From an uncultured bacterium (GTDB taxonomy: Bacteria > Verrucomicrobiota > Verrucomicrobiia > Limisphaerales > UBA8199): a stretch of 64,000 nucleotides of DNA. Shown here piece by piece: positions 43,217 to 53,547 of this stretch. The stretch spans positions 1,152,001 through 1,216,000 of the forward strand of contig CAVVMW010000006.1 in the NCBI GenBank assembly GCA_963749495.1, written 5' to 3'. How positions within the stretch are numbered: the stretch's first letter is position 1; each line of letters begins with the position of its first letter. The notes under the pieces are model-generated. The model searched no databases, was not told where the DNA came from, and worked only from the letters and a program-made list of their open reading frames with translations. Both the position numbers and the translations under genes were made by a program.

Positions 43217-45341
43217 AGACCTATCTTTTCTTTGGTTACATGGCCCTGCTGTGGTCGAGCCTGGCCGCGGTGCCGGTCCTGGCCGCCGAGCTATACGTGG
43301 CGCCAAACGGCAATGACCGCGCCCCCGGCACTCGGGCGCAGCCCTTGGCGAGTCTGGAGCGCGCCCGCAACGAGGTCCGCCGGTTGAGGCAGGCCCAGGC
43401 CGGGCAGGGCGTGACGGTGTGGCTGCGCGGCGGGGACTATTTGCGCACGAACGCGTTCGAGTTGGGCGCGGCGGATTCCGGCGCGCCTGGGGCGCCCGTG
43501 GTCTGGCGGGGCTGTCCGGGGGAGCGGGCGCGGCTGCTGGGCGGCCGGACGCTCACCGGCTTCGAGAAGGTGAGCGACCCGGCGGTCCTGGCGCGGCTGA
43601 GCGAGGCCGCGCGCGGACAGGTGGTCCAGGCAGACTTGCGGCGGCTCGGCATCAGCGATTTCGGCGAGATGAAGTCGCGCGGGTTTGGCCGGCCGCAGAG
43701 CCCGCGCATTGCGAGTTGTTCTTCGGCGGCCGGCCCATGACCCTGTCGCGCTGGCCAAACGAGGGCGCCTTCGAGCAGATCGCCGGTTTTCCCGAGACGG
43801 GCGGCCAGAACGACGGCCACGGGGGCAGCATCGGCGCCCTGGAGGGCGGCTTCTTCTACCGGGGCGACCGGCCACGCGCCTGGAAAGAGACCGGCGATGT
43901 ATGGGTACACGGCTATTGGGCGTGGGACTGGGCCAACTCCTATGAACGTGTCGCGGCGCTCGACGTGGAAAGGCGCTTCGTCCGGACTGCGCCACCTTAC
44001 GGGCACTATGGGTTCCGCAAAGGACAACGATTTTATTTTCTCAATGTGCTCGAGGAACTCGATGAGCCCGGCGAGTGGTTTCTGGACCGCAAGGCCGGCC
44101 TGCTTTACTTTTGGCCCCCGGCCGCAGTCCCGGGAACGGCTAGCCCGGCCGCTCCAGAGGTCATCCTTTCCCTGTTGAGCCAGCCGCTGGTGAGGCTGAC
44201 GGACGCGTCGCAGGTCACGCTTCGCGGCTTGACCCTCGAGGCGGGGCGCGGCAACGGCGTCGAGATTCGCGGCGGGAGCAGCAACCTCATCGCCGGCTGC
44301 CTTCTCCGGAACCTGGGCGACAGCGGCGTGGTCATCGAGGGCGGCACGGGCCACGGCGTGAGGAGCTGCGACATCTTCGACACGGGCAACGGCGGGGTCT
44401 CGCTTAACGGCGGGGACCGCCGGACGCTCTCTCCCGGCGGGCATTACGTCGAGAACTGCCATTTCGCGCGCCAGGGCCGGTGGTCCAAGTGCTATGTGCC
44501 GGCGGTCCTCATGGAGGGAGTGGGGTTGCGTGCCTCGCACAATCTCATCCACGACCATCCGCATTGCGCCATCCTCTTCGGCGGCAACGACCATCTGATC
44601 GAGGCCAACGAGATCCACCACATCGCCCTCGAGACTGGGGACGTCGGTGCTATCTACACCGGGCGGGATTACACCTTCCGCGGCAACCGCATCCGCCACA
44701 ATTTCATCCACCATACCGGCGGGGTCGGGATGGGCTCGATGGGCGTGTACATGGACGATTGCGTGAGCGGCGCCGAGATCTGCGGCAATGTCTTTTACCG
44801 GGTGCAGCGCGCGGTCTTTCTGGGCGGCGGGCGCGACCACCAGGTGCTCAACAATGTCTTTGTCGAGTGCAACCCCGCCGTGGCCCTGGATGGACGCGGC
44901 CTGGACCCATCGCCGGTCTGGCACGAGATGGTGGACCAGACCATGCGCCGGAGCCTGGGGGCCGCGCCGCTGGACCTCTACCGCGCCCGCTATCCGGCCC
45001 TCAAGGGCCTCGATGCCTGGTACGGCCCGCCCGCCGGGCCCGCCATCGAGGGCCGGGCCTTCCGTGGCGTGCCGCCCGAGGGCAACATCGTGGCCCGCAA
45101 TATCTGCGTGGGCAAGTGGTTGGACGTGGGTTGGCGCGCCCAGCCCGAGATGCTGCGCGTGGAGAATAACCTGACCAACGCGGACCCGGGCTTCGCCGCC
45201 GCCCCGGCCGAACCGGCACGCCCCGCCGACTTCGACCTCAAACCCGACTCCTCCGCCTGGAAGCTCGGCTTCGAGAAAATCCCGCTCGCAGACATCGGCT
45301 TGCGGCAGGACGAATTGCGCGCCGCGCTGCCGAGGGACTAG
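43213..45341 (+). CDS. Secreted right-handed beta-helix protein, GH141-like (frameshift near 43700)
   Basis: LYVAPNGND...SLERAR, VWLRGGDY, SRWPN, NVLEELDEPGEW, DVGAIY and GVYMDD motifs. Confidence 0.85.
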
Positions 45342-45351
45342 AAGCCGGAGT

Positions 45352-45965
45352 TCACAACTCTCGCAGGAAATCCTCCAGGGACGGCGTCGTGCTGGCGCAA
45401 CGCAAGGCGCGTTGCAGGCTCGCCTCGTCCGCCAGCGCCTCAATCCTAGCTTCAACCGTGCGCGGCAAAGCGCCGAACCGCGCTCTCAGCACGTCCAAAA
45501 CAGCCAACCGCCGCCCTTGCAGCCGCCCCTCCTGCCGCCCCTCCTGCCGCCCCTCCTGCCGCCCCTCCTGCCGCCCCTCCTGCCGCCCTTGTTGCAGCCC
45601 CAATTCCAGCCCCTCTTCCCGCCCCAGTCGTTCGATACTTGTCACGTATGGCATAGCTTTCTCCTGTTCATATTGCAGCAAATCTCTCCGAAATTCAACC
45701 TCCAACTCGCGCGGCAGCGCCATCATCCAGTCAATCAACCGGAACAACTCCACAATCTCCCCCCTCTTCAGGCCCCGCTCATACAATCCCCGCACCAGCC
45801 CCCACTTTGCCCCTCGGCAACCGGCCATGTCCGAGCGGGTCTCCTGCGCCCTCAGCGACGCCAACACCACCACAGCCATCGGATTCTCACTCCGTTCCAG
45901 CCCCGCCCGGTCCAACTCCAGCAGCTTGCACACCCGATACTGGAACTGCAGCCGGCAGCCCCGAG
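45352..45965 (-). pseudogene. 5'-truncated Rpn/DUF4351-like gene retaining an internal start at 45654
   Basis: GCRLQFQY..CKLL...ENPMAVVVLA...LIDWMMALP...EKAMPYVTSIERLG and (GRQE)n repeats; N-terminal nuclease part absent. Confidence 0.75.
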
Positions 45966-46148
45966 CTCCTCTGGAAAGCGGATTTCCAGGCAGCATCAAA
46001 CGTGGCGACCGGCGGCATGGGCAGAGTTCACACCTTGGCGGCGGTCTTCGCAAGCAAGAAGGGGCGAGAGTCGGCTCACAGTATGCCTCCGGCCTCTTTC
46101 CGGGACGCGGGCCATCAACTCTCTGTCCACATCCTTTGAATACTCGGT

Positions 46149-46862
46149 TCAGGGGAACCGTCGGTCGTATTCCCGTGAGACCCGAACGAGGAGTGCGCCG
46201 TACTCTTTGGCTGTCCGGTCGTAGTCCAGCCACGCAAATGGGAAGGGGTCGACGTTCGTGGCCCGGAAACGAAGGATCTGGAATTCATCGAAGGCCGGGG
46301 CAGCCCTGGAAACCAGCCGTGTTTCGGCCTCGGCTGCCTCTTGTGAGGGATGCTTATGCTTTTTCCCGTCAGTTGGCCATTCGCGGCTGCCCTCATACGA
46401 GGTGTAGTTTTGTGAGGAGTTTACGCCAACGATGCCCACGCAGATTGGATTGCCACCGGTTTTCCTGAACTCGTCAACCTGGCGGCGCAGATCGCCAATG
46501 ACCCGATCAATTTGCTTGATCATCGCCTTGGCGAGGATCTTGGTTTCCACGCCAATCTCAATGTTGGCAACCTCGCCTCGCGCAACCAGCAGACCTGACT
46601 CCGTTACGGCCACCGCAGCCGGTATCAGCTCTCCCAAGGTGCCGTCTCCCCTGCGGCTTGGCCGGCCCACCGCCTTGTTGGCCAGGTTGACGACCCGCTC
46701 GTGGGCCGCGACCCTGGCCACCAGTTTCGCGGACCTGCCGAGGCCGACCAGATCCTCGTAGAGTTGGTTGGCGACCAAGTCGCCCAGGCTGGAATCCCGG
46801 TGCTTGTATTGTCTGCCTTCGAACAGGCTGCAAAAGGTGTCGAGCAGGGCGAATCTGTCCAT
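46149..46862 (-). CDS. Putative type II restriction endonuclease
   Basis: 6 bp downstream of a methyltransferase; GD...EIGVETKILAK resembles PD-(D/E)XK. Inference. Confidence 0.6.
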   Translation of the reverse strand: MDRFALLDTFCSLFEGRQYKHRDSSLGDLVANQLYEDLVGLGRSAKLVARVAAHERVVNLANKAVGRPSRRGDGTLGELIPAAVAVTESGLLVARGEVANIEIGVETKILAKAMIKQIDRVIGDLRRQVDEFRKTGGNPICVGIVGVNSSQNYTSYEGSREWPTDGKKHKHPSQEAAEAETRLVSRAAPAFDEFQILRFRATNVDPFPFAWLDYDRTAKEYGALLVRVSREYDRRFP

Positions 46863-46868
46863 GGGTTC

Positions 46869-47936
46869 TCAATTGAATTGAAGCCTGGTTCGGACGGCTC
46901 CAACTGGCAGTGGGAGGAAGGCGGCCTCACGCAGGCGTTGCTGGGCCATGGCCACGTACTTCTCCTCAATATCCACGCTCACACTGTTGCGTCCGCACGC
47001 CATCGCAGCCAGGGCCGTTGTTCCCGTGCCGGCGAATGGATCGAGCACGGTGTCGCCGGCGAACGAAAACAGCTTGATCAATCGTTCGGCAAGCGCGACC
47101 GGGAACGGAGCGGGATGACCTTTGCGTGTCGATTCGCCTTTGATGTCCAGCCAACACGACCTCAGCCACCGGTGCATCTCCTCCTTGTTGAGCATCGAGA
47201 GCACCCTCTGGAGGGTCGACGGTGACCGGTACTCGCCTCCCTTGCGAAGGAACAAAATGTACTCCACGTCATTCTTGATAATCGCGCCGGGTTGATAGGG
47301 TTTGCCGTAGAATCCCGCGCCGTTGCCTTCCACTTCGGTGACGCCATTGGCGATTTTCTGCCAGAGGATCGGTGTTAAGCAGTCAAGCCCGAGCCTTCGA
47401 CAGCGCGTCTGGATGTCCGCGTGCAGGGGCAGAATGTAGTGCCGTCCTCCTCGTTTCCTGGGGATGCACACATCACCGACCACACAACAAATCCGGCCGC
47501 CGGGCGCCAGCACACGGATGCACTCCGTCCAGACCCGATCCAATTCGGAGAGGAAGACCTCGTAGTCGGCAATCGCCCCCAATTGGGCGTGGTGCGGTTC
47601 GTAAACCTTGAGGGTCCAATAGGGCGGCGAGGTCACGACCAGGTGCACGCTCCGCTCCGGCAGCCAGGACAAATCGCGGGCATCTCCGCAACGCATCCGA
47701 TGGTTGGTTTCGCCGAACGGGCTGGGCCACGGCAGTTGCCTCAGGATGGCGTTGGCGCGCAGCATTTTTTCGACAGCCCCCTCCGAGTTGTCTGATGGCG
47801 GCAACTCGGCCAAGGCCTTGCTGACGGCATCGAATGTTTCCCGGAGCCGCATCTCGCCGCTGGAGGAGGGATAACGGGTCTGTGCGGCGTCACACCTCTC
47901 TCCCCTTGACTGCCTTTCTGCCCCGAGGGGTTTCAT
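46869..47936 (-). CDS. N4-C/N6-A DNA methyltransferase (class beta)
   Basis: VTSPPYW precedes HPAPFP and LDPFAGTGTT. Confidence 0.93.
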   Translation of the reverse strand: MKPLGAERQSRGERCDAAQTRYPSSSGEMRLRETFDAVSKALAELPPSDNSEGAVEKMLRANAILRQLPWPSPFGETNHRMRCGDARDLSWLPERSVHLVVTSPPYWTLKVYEPHHAQLGAIADYEVFLSELDRVWTECIRVLAPGGRICCVVGDVCIPRKRGGRHYILPLHADIQTRCRRLGLDCLTPILWQKIANGVTEVEGNGAGFYGKPYQPGAIIKNDVEYILFLRKGGEYRSPSTLQRVLSMLNKEEMHRWLRSCWLDIKGESTRKGHPAPFPVALAERLIKLFSFAGDTVLDPFAGTGTTALAAMACGRNSVSVDIEEKYVAMAQQRLREAAFLPLPVGAVRTRLQFN

Positions 47937-48002
47937 AGCGCATCAGTTCAACCGCTTCACCGGAGCATTCTTATGCCGGGCGAAGCGATAGGCAAATGCT
48001 TT

Positions 48003-50378
48003 TTAAGGCAGGACCACGTCTTTGAGCCGGGCGGCGGGGCGGACATCGAGTTTGACGACCTTGCCGGCGCGAAAGACGCACTCGACGGTCGTGCGGCCCG
48101 GGGCGTGGAGCTTGAAATGGACATCCCAGTTCCTGGGCCAGGCCGGGAGCAGGCGCAGTTTTTGGCCGTCGGCCTGGAGGAGCATCAGTTGGGTGGTCTC
48201 CAGGAGGTTGCCCCCATGGTTCTGGTCGGGCAGCCAATCGAAGTTGGGTCCCCAGGTGGCGGGCCAGCGGTAGGCCGAGTGCGAGTTGGCGCACTTGACC
48301 TTGAGGATGCGGGCGGCCTCGTCGGCCAAGCCCAGGAGCGCCGCGCAGTTGCCATCGTAACCCCAGCCGACATCGAGGTGATTGACCCGGGCGGCGTAAG
48401 CGGCGCGGGCCTCGTCCAGCCCCGGCTTGCCCAGGCCGAAGAGGCGGAACGGCCAAATGGCGTAGAGTTCGGGGTTCTCGCAATTCGAGCGGTGCTTGTC
48501 ATAGCGCTCGGCCGGGGCGATTTTGCGGACTTTGTGGCCGTCGGACTCGGTCTCCTCGATGGGCACGGCCGGGCAGGCGGCCTTGATGTGCGCGAAGAAC
48601 TCGCGTTGAGCGGGGGTGGTCAGGCGCTCAGGCAGACGGCCAAGGCGCTTCGAGAGGTCGTTCAATCCCGCCACGGTGGGCGTGTCATTGGTGACTCCGG
48701 TCCAGAGGGTCTCGACGGCCTGGGTCGGGTCGAGGAGGATCTTTTCATCCGGCCCTTTTTTGAAGCGTGTATCGAAGTACTGGAGCACGGAGACCGCCAT
48801 GGGCAACACGCGTTTTTTCAGGAACTCCTCGTCCTGGGTGTAGTCCCAGCGGTCGAGCATCAAGGCGACCAGTTCGGGTCCCTGGTTCCAGGCATACTGC
48901 CAGTAGGGGCACTGGACGGCTTTGGGCTGATGGCCCGCGCGGTTCCAACCGTAATCGCCGTTGCCGTAGGTCCCCCAGACGGTCATGGTCTCGGGGAAAT
49001 AACAGCCATGTGCCCCGTGGTAGAGCGCGGCGCGGGCCTCGCACAGAGGCCGGGCCGCCTCGTAGAGGCCCAAGAGCGGTTCCATCATCTCGAAGTCGCC
49101 GCCGGCCAGCATCGGGTGGTACATGTGCCGGACATTCTGCCACCAATAACAGTCGCCCCAGGCGCGGAAATCCGCGTTGAAGGGTTTGCCCATCGCCTTG
49201 GGTTCGACCGTGAAGATGCCGCCGTTGAATTTGATCGGGTAGGTTCCACGCCCGCCGCAGGCCTGGACATAACGTTGGAGCGTGTAGCCGCGCGTCACCG
49301 GTGAGAGGTTCTGCGCGTTCGAGTCATGCCCAGTGCGCAGCGGGTGCGCCTCTCCGGGAACCGCCGTGGCGCTGTCCCCATCCACGATGACCCACGAGCG
49401 TTCCCAAAAGGCGCGCCACCAGGCTGCGGTGCGCCTCAGGGCGGCGGGGCCGTCGAAGGTCCGGGCGGCGATCGCACGCGCCTCATCGAGCCAGGCCGCT
49501 GCGGCCGGGTACTGCGCGCACGGCGCTGCCACGCGCAAGGCAAACGAGCGGACCGGCGCCGTGCTCTCTATAGCGTGCCCCTCGATGGCCCTGAATCCAG
49601 GCCCGGTCATCCAGCCGCCAAACGTCCGGTGCAAGAGCGGGTCGCGCGCCTGGGCGGCCGCCGATTCCAGAGACTGGACCTTCAACGTGGACTCGAAGGC
49701 GACCGATTGCTCGTTCCGGTGATACCAGGCCACCGCCTCGGGTGTGGCGGGGGCAAACACGTCGGCCGACTCGACCAGATCGAAGGGCGCGCCGTGGAGG
49801 GTCCAGGCGCTACCCTCCTCATCGCCTTTGGCGACCGTGTGCGGCTCGGTCCGCCAGCACTGCGCAGTGGCCTTGACCGACAACGCCGAGGCCGACTCGC
49901 CCAGGCAATGCACCACCGGGTGCGCTGCATCCACGAACACGCGCAGGGACACTTTGTCCCGGCCCTGGCCCGCCGTGATCTCGCAGACGCCGTCGCACAA
50001 GCGAAGTTCCTGCCGGAACGGCACCCCGGCCGCGAAAGGATTGGGGGAAAGGGCGACCCGCACGCAGCCCACCTTGAGCAGCCGCGACACCTCGCTCAAG
50101 GAATCGCTGCGGCTGATGTAGAACAACAAATCCCCGTTTTCCTCGACCCACAGATTGATGCCCACCTCGCCGTTGCCCAGCGGCATCGAACCCGCGGCGT
50201 CCCGGCTGGGCGTCGTCCAGACCACATCGTAGGGCGCGGTCCGGTGCGCCGCCGCCAGGCCGGGGGAGTCTGCCGAGCAAGGCAAGGGGCCGAGCAGGAA
50301 ACAGGCGCTGAGGAAACAGGCGAGGAAGGCAGGCAAACGTGAAACGTGAAACGTGAAACGTGAAACGTCGTTGTCCAT
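48003..50378 (-). CDS. DUF5703 / GH95-like glycoside hydrolase
   Basis: SMPLGNGEVG, PIKFNGGIF, YWWQNVRHMY, ENPELYAIWPF, DWLPDQNHGG and LLPAWP motifs. Confidence 0.85.
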   Translation of the reverse strand: MDNDVSRFTFHVSRLPAFLACFLSACFLLGPLPCSADSPGLAAAHRTAPYDVVWTTPSRDAAGSMPLGNGEVGINLWVEENGDLLFYISRSDSLSEVSRLLKVGCVRVALSPNPFAAGVPFRQELRLCDGVCEITAGQGRDKVSLRVFVDAAHPVVHCLGESASALSVKATAQCWRTEPHTVAKGDEEGSAWTLHGAPFDLVESADVFAPATPEAVAWYHRNEQSVAFESTLKVQSLESAAAQARDPLLHRTFGGWMTGPGFRAIEGHAIESTAPVRSFALRVAAPCAQYPAAAAWLDEARAIAARTFDGPAALRRTAAWWRAFWERSWVIVDGDSATAVPGEAHPLRTGHDSNAQNLSPVTRGYTLQRYVQACGGRGTYPIKFNGGIFTVEPKAMGKPFNADFRAWGDCYWWQNVRHMYHPMLAGGDFEMMEPLLGLYEAARPLCEARAALYHGAHGCYFPETMTVWGTYGNGDYGWNRAGHQPKAVQCPYWQYAWNQGPELVALMLDRWDYTQDEEFLKKRVLPMAVSVLQYFDTRFKKGPDEKILLDPTQAVETLWTGVTNDTPTVAGLNDLSKRLGRLPERLTTPAQREFFAHIKAACPAVPIEETESDGHKVRKIAPAERYDKHRSNCENPELYAIWPFRLFGLGKPGLDEARAAYAARVNHLDVGWGYDGNCAALLGLADEAARILKVKCANSHSAYRWPATWGPNFDWLPDQNHGGNLLETTQLMLLQADGQKLRLLPAWPRNWDVHFKLHAPGRTTVECVFRAGKVVKLDVRPAARLKDVVLP

Positions 50379-50454
50379 GGGCACAATGAGTTGTCGCCGC
50401 CACCATGGGCGGCAGGACCATTCTGCGCCAGGCGCCCGGGACTGCAAGGGACAA

Positions 50455-50608
50455 GAATGACGAATGACGAATGACGAATGACGAACCGCTCATTCGTCAT
50501 TCGTCGTTGGTCATTGCCGGCACCCCATTCTCAACCCAACATCCCCACCGGCGCACTCCGCATTCCGCACTCCGCATCCCGCATTTGGTCCATTCGTCAT
50601 TCGTCATT
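50455..50608. repeat. Inverted heptamer arrays (GAATGAC)n / (GTCATTC)n plus (TCCGCAY)n
   Basis: Direct observation; the same arrays occur at 52043-52125, 61643-61798 and 63676-63785. Confidence 0.85.
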
Positions 50609-50655
50609 TCCACCGCTTGCCTTCGCGGGCCCAAAGCCTGTATCGTCGCCTGCGT

Positions 50656-52038
50656 ATGCGCTTTGGATTGATCATCGGGTGTTGGTTCGTTGGCTTGGTT
50701 TTGGGTGCGGCTGCCGAGCCGGAGGAGCCCTGGCTCAAGGAACGGCTCCAGTGGTTTCAGGACCTCAAGTTCGGGTTCATGATGCACTGGGGCGCTTACA
50801 GCCAGTGGGGGTGTATCGAGTCGTGGCCGCTGGTCGAGGAGGACAAGTGGGCGCGGCCCGATGACCTGCGGGCCTGGACCGAGCGGGACAAGGACATCAA
50901 ACGCTTCCAGAGCGATTACTGGGCGCTGCCCAGGACGTTCAATCCTGCGCAGTTCGACCCGGGCATTTGGGCGCGGCTGGCACGGGAGAGCGGCATGAAA
51001 TATGTCGTCTTCACCACCAAGCACCATGACGGGTTCTGCATGTTCGACACGCGCCTGACCGATTACCGGGTGACCGCGCCCGACGTGCCGTTTCACACCA
51101 ACGCCCGCTCGAACGTCGTGCGCGAGGTCTTCAGCGCCTTTCGCGGCGAGGGCCTGGCCATCGGCGCCTACTTCTCGAAGGCCGATTGGCACAGCCCGGA
51201 CTATTGGGACCCGGCCGCCCCGGCGCGCACCCGCAATCCCAACTACGACACCCGCGCTCACCCGGAGAAATGGCAGCGGTTCGTCGAGTTTGCCCATGGC
51301 CAAATCGAGGAACTGATGACCGGTTACGGGCCGATTGATATCTTGTGGCTCGACGCCGGCCAGGTGCGCCCGCCGGCCCAGGACCTGCAGATGGCTCGCC
51401 TGGCCGCCATGGCACGCCTTCATCAGCCGCGTCTTATTATCGTGGACCGCACTGTCGGCGGCCGCTACGAGAATTACCGCACCCCCGAGCAGGAGGTGCC
51501 GGACAAACCGCTGCCCTACGTCTGGGAGAGCTGCCTGACCCTGGGCACCTCCTGGTCGTTCAAACCGAACGACCAATACAAATCCACCCACCGGCTCATC
51601 CACCTGCTGGTGGACATCGTGGGCAAGGGCGGCAATCTCCTCCTCAACGTCGGCCCGCAGCCGGACGGCCAACTGCCGCCCGAGGCCGTGGTCCGAATGC
51701 AGGAGATGGGCGCCTGGCTCAGGCTCAACGGTGAGGCGATCTATGGCACGCGGCCCATCAAACCTTACAAAGAGGCCGGCATCGTCTTCACTCGCAAGGG
51801 CAACACGGTGTGTGCCATCGACCTGGCCCAGAACGAAACCGACGGCCTGCCCGCGCGCATCCAATTCTCCTCATTGAGACCCGTCCCCGGCTCGAAGGTG
51901 CGCCTGCTCGGCCTGAACGAACCCTTGGCCTGGCGAACGGATGCCTCCGGGCTAACCACCATCGACGTCCCCGCCTCCGCCCAAAACGCGCCCCCCTGCC
52001 GCCATGCTTTCGTAGTCAAGTTTGATGTGGCGGACTGA
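50656..52038 (+). CDS. Alpha-L-fucosidase (GH29)
   Basis: KFGFMMHWG, TTKHHDGFCMF, ILWLDAG, GGNLLLNVGP and NGEAIYGTRP motifs. Confidence 0.93.
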   Translation: MRFGLIIGCWFVGLVLGAAAEPEEPWLKERLQWFQDLKFGFMMHWGAYSQWGCIESWPLVEEDKWARPDDLRAWTERDKDIKRFQSDYWALPRTFNPAQFDPGIWARLARESGMKYVVFTTKHHDGFCMFDTRLTDYRVTAPDVPFHTNARSNVVREVFSAFRGEGLAIGAYFSKADWHSPDYWDPAAPARTRNPNYDTRAHPEKWQRFVEFAHGQIEELMTGYGPIDILWLDAGQVRPPAQDLQMARLAAMARLHQPRLIIVDRTVGGRYENYRTPEQEVPDKPLPYVWESCLTLGTSWSFKPNDQYKSTHRLIHLLVDIVGKGGNLLLNVGPQPDGQLPPEAVVRMQEMGAWLRLNGEAIYGTRPIKPYKEAGIVFTRKGNTVCAIDLAQNETDGLPARIQFSSLRPVPGSKVRLLGLNEPLAWRTDASGLTTIDVPASAQNAPPCRHAFVVKFDVAD

Positions 52039-52140
52039 ATCACGAATGACGAATGACGAATGACGAATGACGAATGGGAAAAACGGCGGAGCCATGTGCC
52101 GTTTCGTCATTCGTCATGCGTCATTGGTCGTTTCCAATCG

Positions 52141-53361
52141 TCACGCCGCAGCCACCGTCTCGATGAGGGCGGCCACGCGGGCGCTGATGCGGGCGGAGTC
52201 GGAAGGGGAATAGTCCGTGGAGAGCTTGAGGTAGGGCAGGTGCAGTTGCTCTTCAGCGAATCGGCGCACGCGCCAGGATTCCACGTCATAGGTCAGGCAG
52301 GCCTGCCAGACCAGCTCGATGATACAGTGAGGGCGGAACCTGGCGGCCAGGGAGCGCAGCGTCTCCAGGCGGCGGTCGTTGGGCGTCATGACGGAGCAGG
52401 GCAGGTGGTAATACTTGTTGGCGATGGCCCGGATCGGGTCCGGCTCCTGGCTGTCCACGTCTTCCAGGATCGGCTTGAGCCCGGTGCAGTTCTCCTGGCA
52501 AACGACCACGGCCCCGCAGCTTTCGATCAACTCGATCACCCGCTCCGCCCCGTGTACCAGGGGGACGCCCGTCACTAACACGCGGACTCGGCCAGGCGCC
52601 GGCTTTGCAGCCTTGAACCAGGCCAGGGCGGCGGCGTATTGCTCGAAATCGGCCTCGATGCCGGAGATGATGCTCTTGAAATCGAGCAATTGGCGTCCGG
52701 TCAAGGGCGGCGGGTCGGCCGCCATCAGCTCGGCCAGGTCGCGGCGGCAGCGGCGCTCGCGGTTCATCAGTTGGATGGCGGCGCGCAGCCTGGCATCCGT
52801 GATGTCGGCTTTGAACCGCTCCTCCAGATGGGCCTTGAGTTTGCGCACCTTGGCGACCCAGTGCTCGAGGGCGTCGGCGTCATCGGCCTTTTGCGGCAAC
52901 TCCAGCACATACATCGGTTTGTCGGCGGCGAGCAGCTCGAACATCTTTTTCTTGCCGTCGCAGGTCGTCTCGGCCACGAGGAGGTCCGCCCAGTTCAGGA
53001 AGGGGTTCGAGCCTTTGAGGTGGTAGCCGAAGGTGGATTTGATGAGGGGGCAGAGATTGGCGGGCAGATACTGCTCGGCGGCGGGAATAGTGGCCGCCGA
53101 GCCGCCGCACAGGCACACCGGCACCGCCCCGGCGGCCAGGATTACCTCGCGCGGGGTGAACTCGCACATGATGCCGACGATGGGCAGGCCCTGGCCTCGG
53201 GCGGCTTCGGCAAAATCGCAGCAGTGGTCGATCATGTTGCCGAAGTACTCGAGGGGCCCGCAGCCCGGGGCGGCGGCCGACGGCGGCGGCGGCGCTATCG
53301 GCGCGGCCGGCTGACACGACACCGGGGCCTGGGCCCTGGACGCAGAGCAAGGGGCTCGCAT
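52141..53361 (-). CDS. 2-hydroxyacyl-CoA dehydratase-family / double-cubane cluster protein
   Basis: PANLCPLIKS, ETTCDGKKKMFE, ENCTG, PCSVMTPN and QACLTY motifs. Confidence 0.85.
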   Translation of the reverse strand: MRAPCSASRAQAPVSCQPAAPIAPPPPSAAAPGCGPLEYFGNMIDHCCDFAEAARGQGLPIVGIMCEFTPREVILAAGAVPVCLCGGSAATIPAAEQYLPANLCPLIKSTFGYHLKGSNPFLNWADLLVAETTCDGKKKMFELLAADKPMYVLELPQKADDADALEHWVAKVRKLKAHLEERFKADITDARLRAAIQLMNRERRCRRDLAELMAADPPPLTGRQLLDFKSIISGIEADFEQYAAALAWFKAAKPAPGRVRVLVTGVPLVHGAERVIELIESCGAVVVCQENCTGLKPILEDVDSQEPDPIRAIANKYYHLPCSVMTPNDRRLETLRSLAARFRPHCIIELVWQACLTYDVESWRVRRFAEEQLHLPYLKLSTDYSPSDSARISARVAALIETVAAA

Positions 53362-53547
53362 GAGACACCTTGGAGCGGCCGGAGCGGGATTGTCAAGACG
53401 GAGGAAACTCCGTGCTGCGATTCAGACAGTGGGGGAAGGAATATGGTGCATATGGGCGGGGGGAGTTTTTGGCGACACCTTGGCCGACCGCCGCGGCTTG
53501 GATTCAAGATTCGGCGGAGTGGGCCACTGGCGACAGGATGGAGGGTT

